From NCBI GenBank assembly GCA_002633005.1, contig NMRA01000545.1, positions 224,460 through 288,459 on the forward strand: a stretch of DNA of 64,000 nucleotides, written 5' to 3'. Positions within the stretch are counted from its first letter, which is position 1; every line of letters starts with the position of its first letter. Made by a program: the position numbers and the translations under genes. This DNA is from Phoronis australis (taxonomy: Eukaryota; Animalia; Phoronida). Below are positions 23,301-35,600 of the stretch, piece after piece. The notes under the pieces are model-generated. The model was not told the DNA's origin, made no database searches, and worked only from the letters and a program-made list of their open reading frames with translations.

Positions 23301-24728
23301 AAACTCAAATTTATGCATGCGCTGAATACAGAGACACAAAGTAAAATTTTATCACAAGCTTTTGGGAAAATCGAACAAAATTTAGTTTCATATAAAGCCT
23401 CAACTTGATCTCACAAAGATAATTTTTGAGGAACCACACAACAACACATTACAAGGCATGTGATGATAGTTGACAAAATTTAGAAATTCACGCACAGTTG
23501 AGAATTTTTCATGACATTTCTCCACAAAACTACTAGTAAGTCATAATGTAGGTGGCACATTGACTAACTGACAACTCCAAGAACAATTATTCAAATGGAA
23601 CTTCCCTCTCAGTTGACAAAAGAAAGTACAGGAGTTTAACTTTAACAGGAAGTTACAAAATCCACAGTGAGATGTCACTAATTTAGGACACATTATGGCC
23701 AACATGTGAATTTCACTTTCTGATTTTTCTAAGAAAGATACGAAGCACCAAATTACTAGTTTTCCATCAACAAGTTCTGTAGCACAGCTACCATCTGAGT
23801 GTTTTGGGACAGTGTGGACACTCACAACAATGTTAAAAGCCCTTGGAAAATGAAAAAGGAAAATTATTTTTGCCTGAAATTGGTGAAATATTACAGTCAC
23901 AGATAAATTTCTTTGTACAATCATTTGTCTGAAGTGCCACCTTTTGGAAGATATCACAACTGAAGATGCCAACAATAACAAAAATTCTACATACAACTCT
24001 TGTGAGAACACAAAGGCAACATCTATTTGACCTAATTGATAATTCTGGTATTCACAAAACAAACATTAAAAGGAAGCGGACTTTCTTTCATTCAAAGATA
24101 TTTAGCAACATTGATCTTTATACATGAATCATTTGAACATCACTCCCTACAATAATTTGGAAGTGGTAGCAAACAAAAAAAAAATGTGAAATGCCACTAC
24201 AACAGCTTTAAAATCTCTGTTCAAGTTATATACTGTAGATAGAACTGAACCTGTGCACACAAAATATTGCTAACTAGCGACACAGTAAATTTATACAGAA
24301 AATGCTTATTGAGTCCAAGAAAACTTTTTTTGTTCAATGAAAACCAAAATTGAAATATTGGACTTTGAACTTCAGTTACTGTCGCAACTAAATCCACTAA
24401 AATGATATAGTATGAACATTAGACACCTGAATATTAATCCATAATCACTAGTAACAAGTTGTGTGTTATGGTGTAATAACTTGCTTGACCCAATGTAAAA
24501 AAGTGACGTCAGTTTTAAAAATACGCAAACTTCTTTCTTTCCTTCCTTCGTAAGAGTCGAAAGCTTTTCACACTTAAAATCATTGACAAAAATCTCAGAA
24601 CAGCAGCACAAATTTTACGCAATGACATACAGTGGTTGACTTTCAGCCCACACTAGAATGCAGTTTACATGTATTCACAACAAACACTATCCACTGTGTT
24701 CACTTGACCTTATTACATCCTCCCAGAT

Positions 24729-25412
24729 TCATTTCTTTTTGTTCGACGATACATGAACAGTCCTTCGTCTCATTCTATCCTGTAATATATTGGTCGGTAA
24801 AATATTAGCTGATGGGACACCTTTATTAGTGTAGGTGCGTACTGTCTTTTTTATGTTGGCATGAGAAGCAGTTCTTTTCCGCGATGACAGCCTTTCGGTT
24901 TTTGCTTTCTTCTGTTTCCTGGGTCTTCCAACAGATTTCTTTGGAGATTGTAAGGATGTTTTCTGGTCAGCTGGACGTTTTACATTCTTGTCTCTAAGTG
25001 TTTTTGGCTTATTAACCAAAACAGTACTCTTCCTTGACTGCAGTCTCGACTGCCCGACTCCCTTACTTTTAACAACTGCTTTAGATGCACTCTTAACAGC
25101 AGCTTCGCCTTTTTTCCCTGAGATTTTTGCCTTTTTTTGTTTTGGCTGTTGCTGCTGATATGAATGATCCAGATTTTCCTTGCGTTTGACAGTTCTGTTT
25201 CTCTTTTTCTCAATAATAGGCTTCTCAGCATCATTTGAAACTGAACGTCTCTGTTTTGTTATCTTTACAACAACAGCGTTTGCTCCACCTCCTTGAGTAT
25301 TTTCATTTTTCTCGTCAGCATGGGAGTCTTTAGCTTTAGAACGTCCATTAGAACCATTTGCAACCTTGCTGTACGCATGATCCATCCGAATTCCAAAGGA
25401 AAGAGCCTCCAT
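24729..25412 (-). CDS. Uncharacterised 227-aa Lys/Arg-rich nuclear protein with HCF-binding motif (DHAY), AT-hook (GRPRK) and CHZ-like C-terminal motif
   Basis: Open 684-nt frame with coding-like composition; acceptor TTTATAG at 25416, 3 nt before the ATG; candidate non-coding first exon ending at donor GTAAGT (28379), with a YY1-like AAAATGGTCG near 28495. Confidence 0.7.
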   Translation of the reverse strand: MEALSFGIRMDHAYSKVANGSNGRSKAKDSHADEKNENTQGGGANAVVVKITKQRRSVSNDAEKPIIEKKRNRTVKRKENLDHSYQQQQPKQKKAKISGKKGEAAVKSASKAVVKSKGVGQSRLQSRKSTVLVNKPKTLRDKNVKRPADQKTSLQSPKKSVGRPRKQKKAKTERLSSRKRTASHANIKKTVRTYTNKGVPSANILPTNILQDRMRRRTVHVSSNKKK

Positions 25413-25749
25413 AACCTATAAATGGAAAACCAAATGCCTACAGACTGGCAGCCCAGACCTTATATTATAGATGAAGGAGGTACCTACATCTTACTACAGA
25501 AGCACATAGAGTGTACACCAGTATGTACAGAAATGGATATCTGCCAGTTTCTGCACTCTGTGTGTGACCCCTAGGGACCTTACGAGGGGACAAAATTGAG
25601 CTACATTAATCAAAAGCTGATAAAAGTGAATGAGCATTCTCATTACAGGGCCACCACTTGTACGCCTTTGGCGTCCACAGGCGATGTATTGTCTAAGTCT
25701 AAACTTGTGTTTCATTCTTAGTTGACATGTTGTAGTAATTGCCAAGATC

Positions 25750-25860
25750 ACCCGACTCGGGAATTGAAGCAGCAGTCCTCATAAAACCGGGCTAACCATC
25801 CATGATTCAGCTAATAGGCAATTGCTCATTAGTGAGTAGCTAACAGAGGCTCATGATTCA
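25750..25860 (-). mobile_element. Degenerate tRNA-derived SINE head (second copy)
   Basis: Diverged paralog of 26095-26165 (CCCGACTCGGGAATTGAA...GCTAACCA...GCTAATAGGCAATTGC). Confidence 0.45.
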
Positions 25861-26094
25861 TTGAAAGCATGTCTACAACATTTCCCTTTTCTCTACACAA
25901 GCCCATCTCCTGTCTGCAGATCTCACCAGCGCACAACTGCATCCAGGAATTTGTTCTCACCAATACTCTCTTTGTGTTCTGGATCTACACTATGCGCGCC
26001 ATTCGAAGTTGGTGCCAAGTTTCATATGCCAGTGCTCCATCAGTATTATACCATCTCTTTGTTAACTATGCCAATTGCAGTAATTGCTGAGAAC

Positions 26095-26165
26095 ACCCGA
26101 CCTGGGAATTGAACCAGCGACCCCAATTAAACCAGCCAGCATGCTTACCATTTGGCTAACAGGCA
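26095..26165 (-). mobile_element. tRNA(Lys)-like SINE head or tRNA pseudogene
   Basis: Minus strand GCCTGTTAGCCAAATGGTAAGCATG...TTAATTGGGGTCGCTGGTTCAATTCCCAGGTCGGGT has A box TAGCCAAATGG and B box GGTTCAATTCC; stems are imperfect, so not a functional tRNA. Confidence 0.55.
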
Positions 26166-26195
26166 ATTGCCCGTCAGCGAGTGGCTCATATGGTT

Positions 26196-26313
26196 CACTG
26201 ATCGGATACAGCAATCCAGGATTTAGAGAACCAGTTTCATCCACTAAGTAACAGGCCCGTAATTTAGTGACTGCCTGGTTTTCTAAATCCGGGACCGCTA
26301 TATCTGACCAGTG
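26196..26313. mobile_element. ~118-bp palindromic MITE (family copy 1)
   Basis: CACTG...CAGTG ends, internal inverted GATTTAGAGAACCAG/CTGGTTTTCTAAATC; reverse-oriented homolog at 46329-46446. Confidence 0.75.
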
Positions 26314-26354
26314 CGGAATAATTCAACTGAACTCTGAAGCACGTCTACAAGTAC

Positions 26355-27117
26355 CGTTGGAGGTCCTAAAGTCGTGAGTGCCCTAAAGTTGTGAACGATC
26401 TTATTTCCGCTTCGGCGCGGTTCCGCGACATCTAGCGATGAAGTTTCCAGCGTTCGTCTGCTTATGAACATTAAACGAATACCCGGACTTGTTGATATTC
26501 ACAATATGAAAATAAACAGTGAGTGGATGGCTTCTTTTTACAAATGTATCTTAAAACAGCGCATTTCACTAATTCACTTTTTCGTGCATTTTCAGAATAT
26601 ATTTTGGAAACTAAACATCGTTCATATTTGTTGTAGCACACCTTCCAGGGGTGGCTTGAACAGTGCATCAAAATGTCCCAGGGTCGATCAAGTTTCGTAA
26701 GGCCAAAGCAATGAAATACAGAGAGATAACTTATGCTGGGTTCTTAGCGTTTTACGTAAACAGTCTCATTGAAAATGTCTGTGCACATCGAAGTTGTTTG
26801 CAAAACACATAATTTATTTTAATTGAAACTGAATTAATAAACAATGCAATGTGTTTTTGTGTCGTCTAGAGTAACTGTAAGCACTGTAGTTGATTTGCGT
26901 GGTCTTACTTCGTGCATTTCCGTCTAAACGAAACAGTCACGACTTTAGGGCCTCATTCAAAATGGCCGGCGATATCAGCGACCGATTCAAAACTCTGTTT
27001 ACGGAGACAAACACGTATATTTGTGAAGGCTAATATATTCCATGACATCACATGAGCAGTTGCTAACGGACATTGGGTAGTATGACAGCTGCTTTTTATG
27101 CTTATTCACGACTTTAG
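26355..27117. mobile_element. Partial TA-CCGT-type (Tc1/mariner-pogo-like) MITE
   Basis: Starts TA|CCGTTGGAGGTCCTAAAGTCGTGA; inverted subterminal copies TCACGACTTTAG near 26937 and 27106; right terminus not seen. Confidence 0.4.
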
Positions 27118-27813
27118 CTAAGTAAGGTCACCAGTGTCTACAATTAGGGAGGACAACGTTTTTCAAAAATTTTAGAAAATGTGCATGTAATATACATCAT
27201 TAGAAAGCTCTCTACGAGACTAAAAGAACGGTGCAAAAAATTTTTAAATCGGACTTACGGTTCCGGAGAAAATGGTGTTTTTGTGTCAAATTTTTTGGTA
27301 AAAATTCTGTCAAATCAAATTTGTGAGTTTGAAATATCATAGTTACAAATCTACATAACCTAGACAGACATGTTATACATCATTTCAAAGAAAATTTTAT
27401 GATGAATAATTTGCAAAAAAGAACATTCCGATTGGACATTCCTGTGCGAAGATGTGGACCTTAAAGTCAACAAAGTCGACGAAGAAAAGTCAGTACGTAC
27501 AATTTTGTCGTTTCAAATTGGCATAAGATAACAATTACTCAAGAAAAAAAAAGCTAGTATCATTTCAAGATTTTTCATCAAGGAAGTTGAAATCTGATAA
27601 TTGGTTTGGGCAAATTATTGATATTATTTTGTGACCTTTTTGTTGACATGCAGTTTGCGACTTACTTAACTTTGTCAAAATGCATTACTTTAAAAAATTA
27701 AAGATAAACAACATCATTTCAAATATGTATTGATGAAAAGTGTGATAAACAAAAATTTTAATACAAGCTTCATACAGTAAATAGAAATTAAACATTCTTT
27801 CCACAACAATGTA

Positions 27814-28043
27814 NNNNNNNNNNNNNNNNNNNNNNNNNNNNNNNNNNNNNNNNNNNNNNNNNNNNNNNNNNNNNNNNNNNNNNNNNNNNNNNNNNNNNNN
27901 NNNNNNNNNNNNNNNNNNNNNNNNNNNNNNNNNNNNNNNNNNNNNNNNNNNNNNNNNNNNNNNNNNNNNNNNNNNNNNNNNNNNNNNNNNNNNNNNNNNN
28001 NNNNNNNNNNNNNNNNNNNNNNNNNNNNNNNNNNNNNNNNNNN
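27814..28043. other. Assembly gap (N run)
   Basis: Ns. Confidence 0.99.
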
Positions 28044-29602
28044 ACTTTTTGGGTCTCTTTTACATTAACTTTTCATCAGGAAAAGTTGAAATGCTTTAGT
28101 TTGGGAACCAAAAATTCGCCGCGATTCGAAGGAGCACCCCTAGCGGCAGTACCCGGAACTACGAAGTGAGTCAGAAATACGCCCGATTGACAGAAATCGA
28201 CGAAGGGCCCGTTTGCAACAAGTGTTTGAAATAGTTCATTGATGAACCCTTTAGTGCGTAATACGATTCATTATGTGCGCAAATTAGGAAATGTACCAAT
28301 TAATTCAGGTCAAAGTTGAAGGTCGCGGGAACCGGCAACTTTTTCAACTTTTAAGTCTACGAAAGTGAAAAATACTTACGTAATAACGTGCGCAAGGGTT
28401 TCTTCTACAAGTTCACGAAGTTTCACGCCAAAATTCGAGAGTTTAGTCTTCTCCTGAGTTGAAAACCAAATACCAGTTGTTTTTACCGGCGACCATTTTG
28501 CCTTGAAATGTCGGTCACGTCGCTGCAAAAAACTCGTGCAAAGTATTATTAAACGGATTTTGCGACGAAAAAAGACTAACATTTAAGTAAAATAACATCT
28601 TATTTCATACTTTGAAGTAATTTGTATTCATATTTATTGCATTTTTGAGTGATTTTTTGTCGATTGTAATGTGCAAATTTTACACGGTGACAGATACGCG
28701 AAGCGATTTGGTGACGTATGTTGTCCTCGCTACTACAATGACCAATGTCAATGTTACTAGTATCATTTATAAACAATACATTATCATTTGAAACCAACCT
28801 AATGATATAAATTTACATGTGATTTTACAACATCAAGACAATTACAAGAGAAAGGCAAAAGAAAGCCAAAACTTGTCAAAAGCTGCCAGCCCGAAGCCAA
28901 AAATGGCAAAAACCAATCAGAAACCTGTCTTAGTTAAAAACACAAGTTGAAATTGAAACTAGTTTTTAACAATTTACGATAAAAAATTTCACATATACCT
29001 CTGGGGGCAATGAATCTTGGGTTACTTCGATCGTCATTTGTTACAGACAAACGAAAAACATTACAATTCGTCTCCAACAAGAAAAGGTAACCTGTCAAGC
29101 ACAAAATGGTTGTTTTCAAACAAGAGTTTAACGAGGAAGTGAATAATATATGTGGCCACACACCAACTGCATGTCGATATTGTATTCAAAATATAATAAA
29201 TTGAACAACTAAAACGCAAATGATTGGATTGTTAACCTGTTTTCACTAAATTTAAACATTTGTAGATCAAAACGCAAAACTTTTATTTCAATTTTCGACC
29301 GTGGCTTTGTTTAGTAGAGACAGGTTGCTTGTGAAATAGTTTCGTAATTTTTAAGCGACAATGCACTCATTTATTTATTGTCAATAATTGTTATACGATA
29401 ATCACATATTCGATATTTACTTTAATTTGGTTTCAAAAAGCATGAAACTGGTCAATATTTGTGCAAAATTCACGGTACATTATACGAAACAATCAGGTAA
29501 AGCTGTACAGTTTGTGATAGCAGTGAAAATTATACTGTTGTTTGACGTTGTTGTTGCAGTGTTGTGTCGTTCCTTTTCACCAAATATACGAACCAAGCCG
29601 AA

Positions 29603-29671
29603 ATGGGATGTGATGGTGGTACAATTCCAACAAGAGACGAACTTGTGAGGGTAAAGAAAAAGCCAGAACAG
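29603..29671 (+). CDS. RTF2: RTF2 exon 1 (MGCDGGTIPTRDELVRVKKKPEQ)
   Basis: Family N-terminal motif; donor CAG|GTAAAC. Confidence 0.95.
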
Positions 29672-32600
29672 GTAAACTATTAAGAGATTGTAATTACAAC
29701 GTTTTGTGAGTAGTCTACTACAGTCAAGTGACCTAATTATCGGACGTTTTGGCACATTTTGCATTATATTTAATTGAAAATATTACGGATTGTTGTAAAT
29801 TCTTTGCTGAAATAAAGATTCACTTTCACGGAATTGTTCTGTTACTATATCTTGTCACTGAAAGCCACATTTATGTTCCGACTGATCTTCAAAAAACACA
29901 ACAACCAAACCTTCGGAGAACCTAAATATCGGACACCATGTTTCTCCATACTCCACACCGCGGAAAACTGACTAACCACGTAATGGCCGCGGGCACCTTG
30001 TCGCCAAATTTCTGCTCGAGTGTTTTGACATATATGCTGCTAGAACCCAGGTCCATTCGCAACAAAATTATCTATGAAATGAAATCTGATGACGGCGCCA
30101 AGTCGTTTCGATTAATTTGTGCAGACGACTAAAGCACGCGCAAACTCACTGCAGTTTTTAGTATCACTTAGGCTTCTTGATATGACACCCGCACGTGCGC
30201 GGTCGGGGTTTGACTTGAGTTTAAAAACAAATGAAAAAATGGAACAGTGACATATTGTCAGTTCAATGAGATGGTTTCATTGTGGAAAAAGATTTTATTT
30301 TCAACTTTTATAACCGATTTATGCGATCGTCCATTTTAGGCCGACTTGGGGGTCTAAATTGCACCCTCTCTCGGTGAAATCAAAACGAGGCAACGCTGTA
30401 AAAAAACGAGACGGTGCCGGACATTGAATGCATTACAACGGAACAAAAATTGGTGTCATTTAATTCTCAGATTATGCTTCAAGTAAGATTCTATGAAATG
30501 TCCGATATTTAGGTTCCGTCCGATGATTAGGTACACTATGTGTACTCTTTTGCCAATGACCATCGCCTCTGACACTCTGCTGGCCCGAACCAGAATCGAT
30601 GCAGCTTCCATACGCCGGAAGCTATACGGCGAATTATGCCTCGCACCGACTAAAACATCAAAGCCACATTGGTATAAATACCTTTTGCGCATAGAGGAAC
30701 ACCTTAGGTGTTGTCGATGTGTTTAATTCCTTCCAACTCGAACAAATACTTCCGTTATCTGGTTATCAAACTTTTACTTCGAGCAGTCCCTATTTCACTT
30801 CCCAAAATCGTAAACTCAACATTTTCACTCGGCGCACGCCAAGAGATATGACCTTATGCTTTTAAACAGGCCGAAGGTCAGAAGTTGCGGTCCTACCGGC
30901 GAACTTTGAAAGTTGAAGTTCCCTCCCTTTGCGTACATGCTGCCAGGAACCAGCCGTGCACATGCCGTGTTGTCAAAGTCACATTGTTATGTCGTGGGGA
31001 TACATCTAGCAGTCTAGGCAACACGTAGCCCCTCGGTTGGCCGGTTAAGGGCTACAGTCCTTCCCATCGCTTTCTGTGCGAATTTCGTCACAGCCTTCTA
31101 CTGGTGTTTTTTGGTTTATTTTAGCTTATATCACAACCATCAACTGGAGTTCTTGGTTTATTTCAACTTATATCACAGCCATCAACTGGTGTTCTTGTTT
31201 TATTTTTGCGTCAGTTTTTAAAGTTGTAGAGCAGCTAGTTCTCATAGCCAACAGAAATTTGGTTGAGTGATTCTTGGTTTAGTGACCACATTTTTTTTTC
31301 AGAATATTATCTGGCTAAGGGTGATTACAGTATGTCAACATATGTCATTGTGTAACAAGGAAGATCCATAAAAGCTAAGCCCATGGAACATGAACCTTCA
31401 TTTTGGAAATATTATTTTTCATTTTGCGCGTTCGTCCTGGACATAGTTATTGAACATGACATTTTTGTAAAATGTTGACTTCTTATACATATCAATATTG
31501 GCTTGTTTTCAGAAAGACAAGGACTCTGTGAGGGCCACTAAGTGGCAGCACTGTGCAATCAGCCAAGAGAAGTTGAGAGAACCCATTGTAGCATGTGAGC
31601 TGGGAAAGTAAGTATTTGATGAATCAGGTTAGTTTTTGTTCTGGCTATGTCTGTGTGAAGGGCCTTCTTTCATGCAAGGGGAAAGTTGCCTGTGCCTTTT
31701 TAGAAGGAGACATTTCAGGGAGAAGGGAAAATTCTACCTCCCAATCAATATCACCTCCATCCTGTTGCAAGCCCTCACAGCCTCTGCCTCAAGTAACCAT
31801 TGTGCTCTTTCAAATTGTCACCTGTGTGAGTTACAAGTGTTTCAAACCTCGAGGGTAATTTTCAATCACTTGAGGGGACTTTTTTGACATCATGAGGGAA
31901 ATTTTGCGTGATTTTTCAATATTTTTCAGAGGGAAATGGGTCCGATATTCGAGAGATTGAGGGCCATGGTGTGTGCATGTGCATGCGTGTGCATGAGCAT
32001 ATTTTGCTATCATCTGTTCTGCGTCCATCTGTCTTTAATCTGTCTGGCTTTTGCTGTGCAGGTGTAAGGTCTTTGTGAAATTTAAAAGATGCATTCCTAT
32101 GTATGTGATGACACATGAGGAGGATGACTTTCTGACTAATTCAACTGATGCTGTGGCAATTTTAGTTGGCCTGTGAAAACGATCTGCACTATGTAATGAT
32201 TTTTTCAATAAGAAGATTGCCCCTAATAGTTATTTCATGTCTGCCATTGCGCACCGTAGATACAATTTTAAGTTTTCTAAATGTTGCTCATTCTAGTTGA
32301 AATTTTAAAATATTGTCAAAACTTGAGCACCATTTCAATGCTTTGGTGTATGTCAATGGTCTGCTCGCTGTTTTTCAGTTTAATATTTGAAATATTTTAG
32401 TGTCTGGATCATTTTGAAAATACCGTAATTTGAATCTTCTATGGAATATTTAAAGACCCACACAGGTCCAAGTAGGTCAAACTTGGTCAAACTATTATGA
32501 ATCAGGTTAGCAGATATGAATCTTCACATTGGAGCCACGATTGCAATTCCATTCAGTCCCTGCTTATTAAATAAAACAAGGGTTCTGTCCCAAACATGAA

Positions 32601-35600
32601 CAAAAAGAATGGTTTTCGAAGATGTTGCTGCATGGTGCATGGTGAAGACAGGTCCGAGGCTGTTAGAGATTGGGATCGTGATTTGGATGTAAACAGGTTC
32701 AGACAAAAGGAGTTTTCAGTTGTTAGTTATTGAGATACCTGTATCCACAAAATATTCTTTCAGACTTGCTGGTGTACAGACTCTAATAAAGATTGTGCTG
32801 TGTTATGCAATAGCTCCATGGTGGACGAGTGAGTCACATACTTTATGATTTCAGGTTGTACAACAAGGAGTCTGTCTTGGAACTGTTATTGGATCGTAGT
32901 CAGTTTGAGCACTCACAGAACTTTAGACACCTTAGAGGACTCAAGGTAAGCCTGGTGCATGTCAGTCAATTCCAAAGGGAAGGACAAGGATAGTGATATA
33001 TTATTACTCAGTAGTTGATTCAGGGGCTCAGGTGGTTGGTTTCAATATTCTCAGTCAGTGTATATTTGTCCTCCAAGAAAGTAGAGGTAGTAATTCGGAA
33101 AGTTAGTACACATTTCAAAGAAGTCATTTTTCACCTCTAAATGCATTCAGCTCGACTTATCATCCTGGAATTGGAAATGGTTGTGAATTTTGTTACTTTT
33201 GTAATACTGATAAGAGCTTACTACATGCTGGACTTGAACAAGTCTTGGAAGGAACTTTCTTACAGTATTCAGATATACAAAACAAGTTTTAAAACTTCTT
33301 CAGTTACTAAGCCAATACTAATAGTGTCTTGAAAGTTGAAGGCATGATTTATTGAAGATGTTGTCGCCACTCAGCTCTATTTTGGCCTAAGCTTTTATCG
33401 CCACGACATGTTTTCTGGACATAGGTAACTGTATTATCAGAATTTTACTGGCTCCTTGGCTTCATCTTTTGTTTACTTATTGAAGTCATAATGAATATTT
33501 TATTTAATCTTATTTTAGCTACAAGCTTCATTAAATATCCTTATAGTACAGGTGTATGCGCCTTTCATTAACAGGATGTCAAGGAGCTGAAACTGACAGA
33601 CAACCCTGCGTATGAGGAGAGGGACAATGATAAGGGTGATGGCTACACAGACAGACTGACCTCACCCTACATCTGTCCTGTGGTTGGCATTGAGATGAAT
33701 GGCAAATACAGGTGTGATATTTAGAGATGAAGGAGCTGGATTGTTGTTTTAGTCCACTGCAGTATCATTGCAAAATTTTGATGCAGATAAGTTGGGATAA
33801 TGTTTGCAGTTACTTAATTAACGATGAAAAATAAATTGGATTCCATTTCTCGTCTGCGATTTCTCCATCCATCCTCACCTGGCCAACATTGCTGAAAGAA
33901 TGAAAAATTCCTTAATAATTAATGACTCATTGGCTCATGTAATAAAGATACAGAGAAAAGGAATTTCCTGTGTGGTCAAGTCCTCCCAGTGACGACTCAC
34001 CAAGCAATGATTTTTGTCAAAATTTGAGAGTGTACCACTCACCTGCACTCATCTCTCACCTAGTGATGGCCAGACTGAAGCATGCAACATCCAACATAGA
34101 GGTTTCTGCAAATAGACCAAACAATGAATAACATGATTCTAGAAGTTCATTGGTTAAAAGTTGTTTCCAGGAAGCCTTAAAATAGCTTAGGATATTCATA
34201 GTTAAGTGTTTTGAGATAGAATGTTTATAACTATTTTGTTTCAGTGTATGTTACACGTAATAACTGAATTCTTGTGATGACATGCAACATTCTTACTTAT
34301 CTAATGAATACAGTTTTATCTTTTATGACACCCATATACGTGTACCTGTTATTATGCTCTGTGTTTTTCATTCTACTGTAGGTTTTGCTTCGTCTGGACG
34401 TGTGGCTGTGTGTTCAGTGAGCGGGCTTTGAAAGAGGTCAAGTCAGATATCTGCCACAAGGTACATACTTACATTTTGTTCTGTAATTTTGTTATCTGCC
34501 CACACATATGTATGTGTGTACATACTGCCATCATCTCTTAGAACATCTAGCCTCTACCACTCTGTCTATGAAACTTTCTTTTAGAATGATAATGAAATTT
34601 GGTCAATGAGTTTGTTTCACAAATAGCTTGTATGGTGTCAATTTTGGGTCAAATCCAACTAATACTATGTCACCAAAGTTTCTTTTCTTGCGGGAATGTT
34701 TGGAATAGTAATTGTTCTTATTTTTAAATTGGTCATCTAGTTCTGTCATAAAAGTGGAATAGTAATTGTTCTTATTTTTAAATTGGTCATCTAGTTCTGT
34801 CATAAAAGTGGAATAGTAATTGTTCTTATTTTTAAATTGGTCATCTAGTTCTGTCATAAAAGTGAGCAGCTAAAAAAATACTGCACCACCGACTCGATTT
34901 TCCCAAAAAAATCAGACTAGGATCAACTAGGCTTTTTTGGTCAAATAAATGTGTTTGGCCTTGTGTGTACTCCCTAGGCTATACATAGAAATTTGTGCTG
35001 ACTGAAATTTACAATGAGAATTTACTTATAATAATAATAATAATAATAATAACTTTATTTATGGAGGATAAAAAACATGTTAAGTGTAAAACTTATCTAC
35101 CACATGGTCCTCAAAAGAAACTAATTTTCTCCCAGAGCCAACAAAATCTTTTGATCTTATAAATTCATCAACTGTCATCATTTTTACTTGTTTTCTCTCA
35201 CAGTGTGGTAAAGCATATCAAAAGTCGGATGTTGTAATTCTAAATGGAACTGAGGAAGATGAGTCTGAAATGGAGGCTAAGATGGAGGCACGTCGTCTGC
35301 TCGCCAGACAACAGAAAAAGGCCAAGAAACATAAAGTGGAGACAGGTTAGTGGATTTAATGATAACCAGGAAGTGGTTCTGCAAAAGATTCTTGATTTTT
35401 GTCTCCATACCATGACAAAATCATCAGTATCTTCGAACAGAATTCTTAGACTTTGTAATCTTTGGTGTTTTTCAAAAGATATTTCCTTTCTACCTGTAGC
35501 CTGTTTTACAGTACATTACTGCCTTAAAGTTTATGTGTATCAGCTTGCCGATCTATTTCCATACTTATGGTTTAGTCACTTAACGACCATATAGGCTGTT

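Noticed and set aside
23541-24062. 173-aa minus-strand ORF
   Set aside because: Non-ATG start, no recognisable motifs, and it lies in the presumed 3' UTR of the 227-aa gene.
26095-26165. Functional tRNA gene
   Set aside because: Anticodon and acceptor stems do not pair properly; treated as SINE head or pseudogene.
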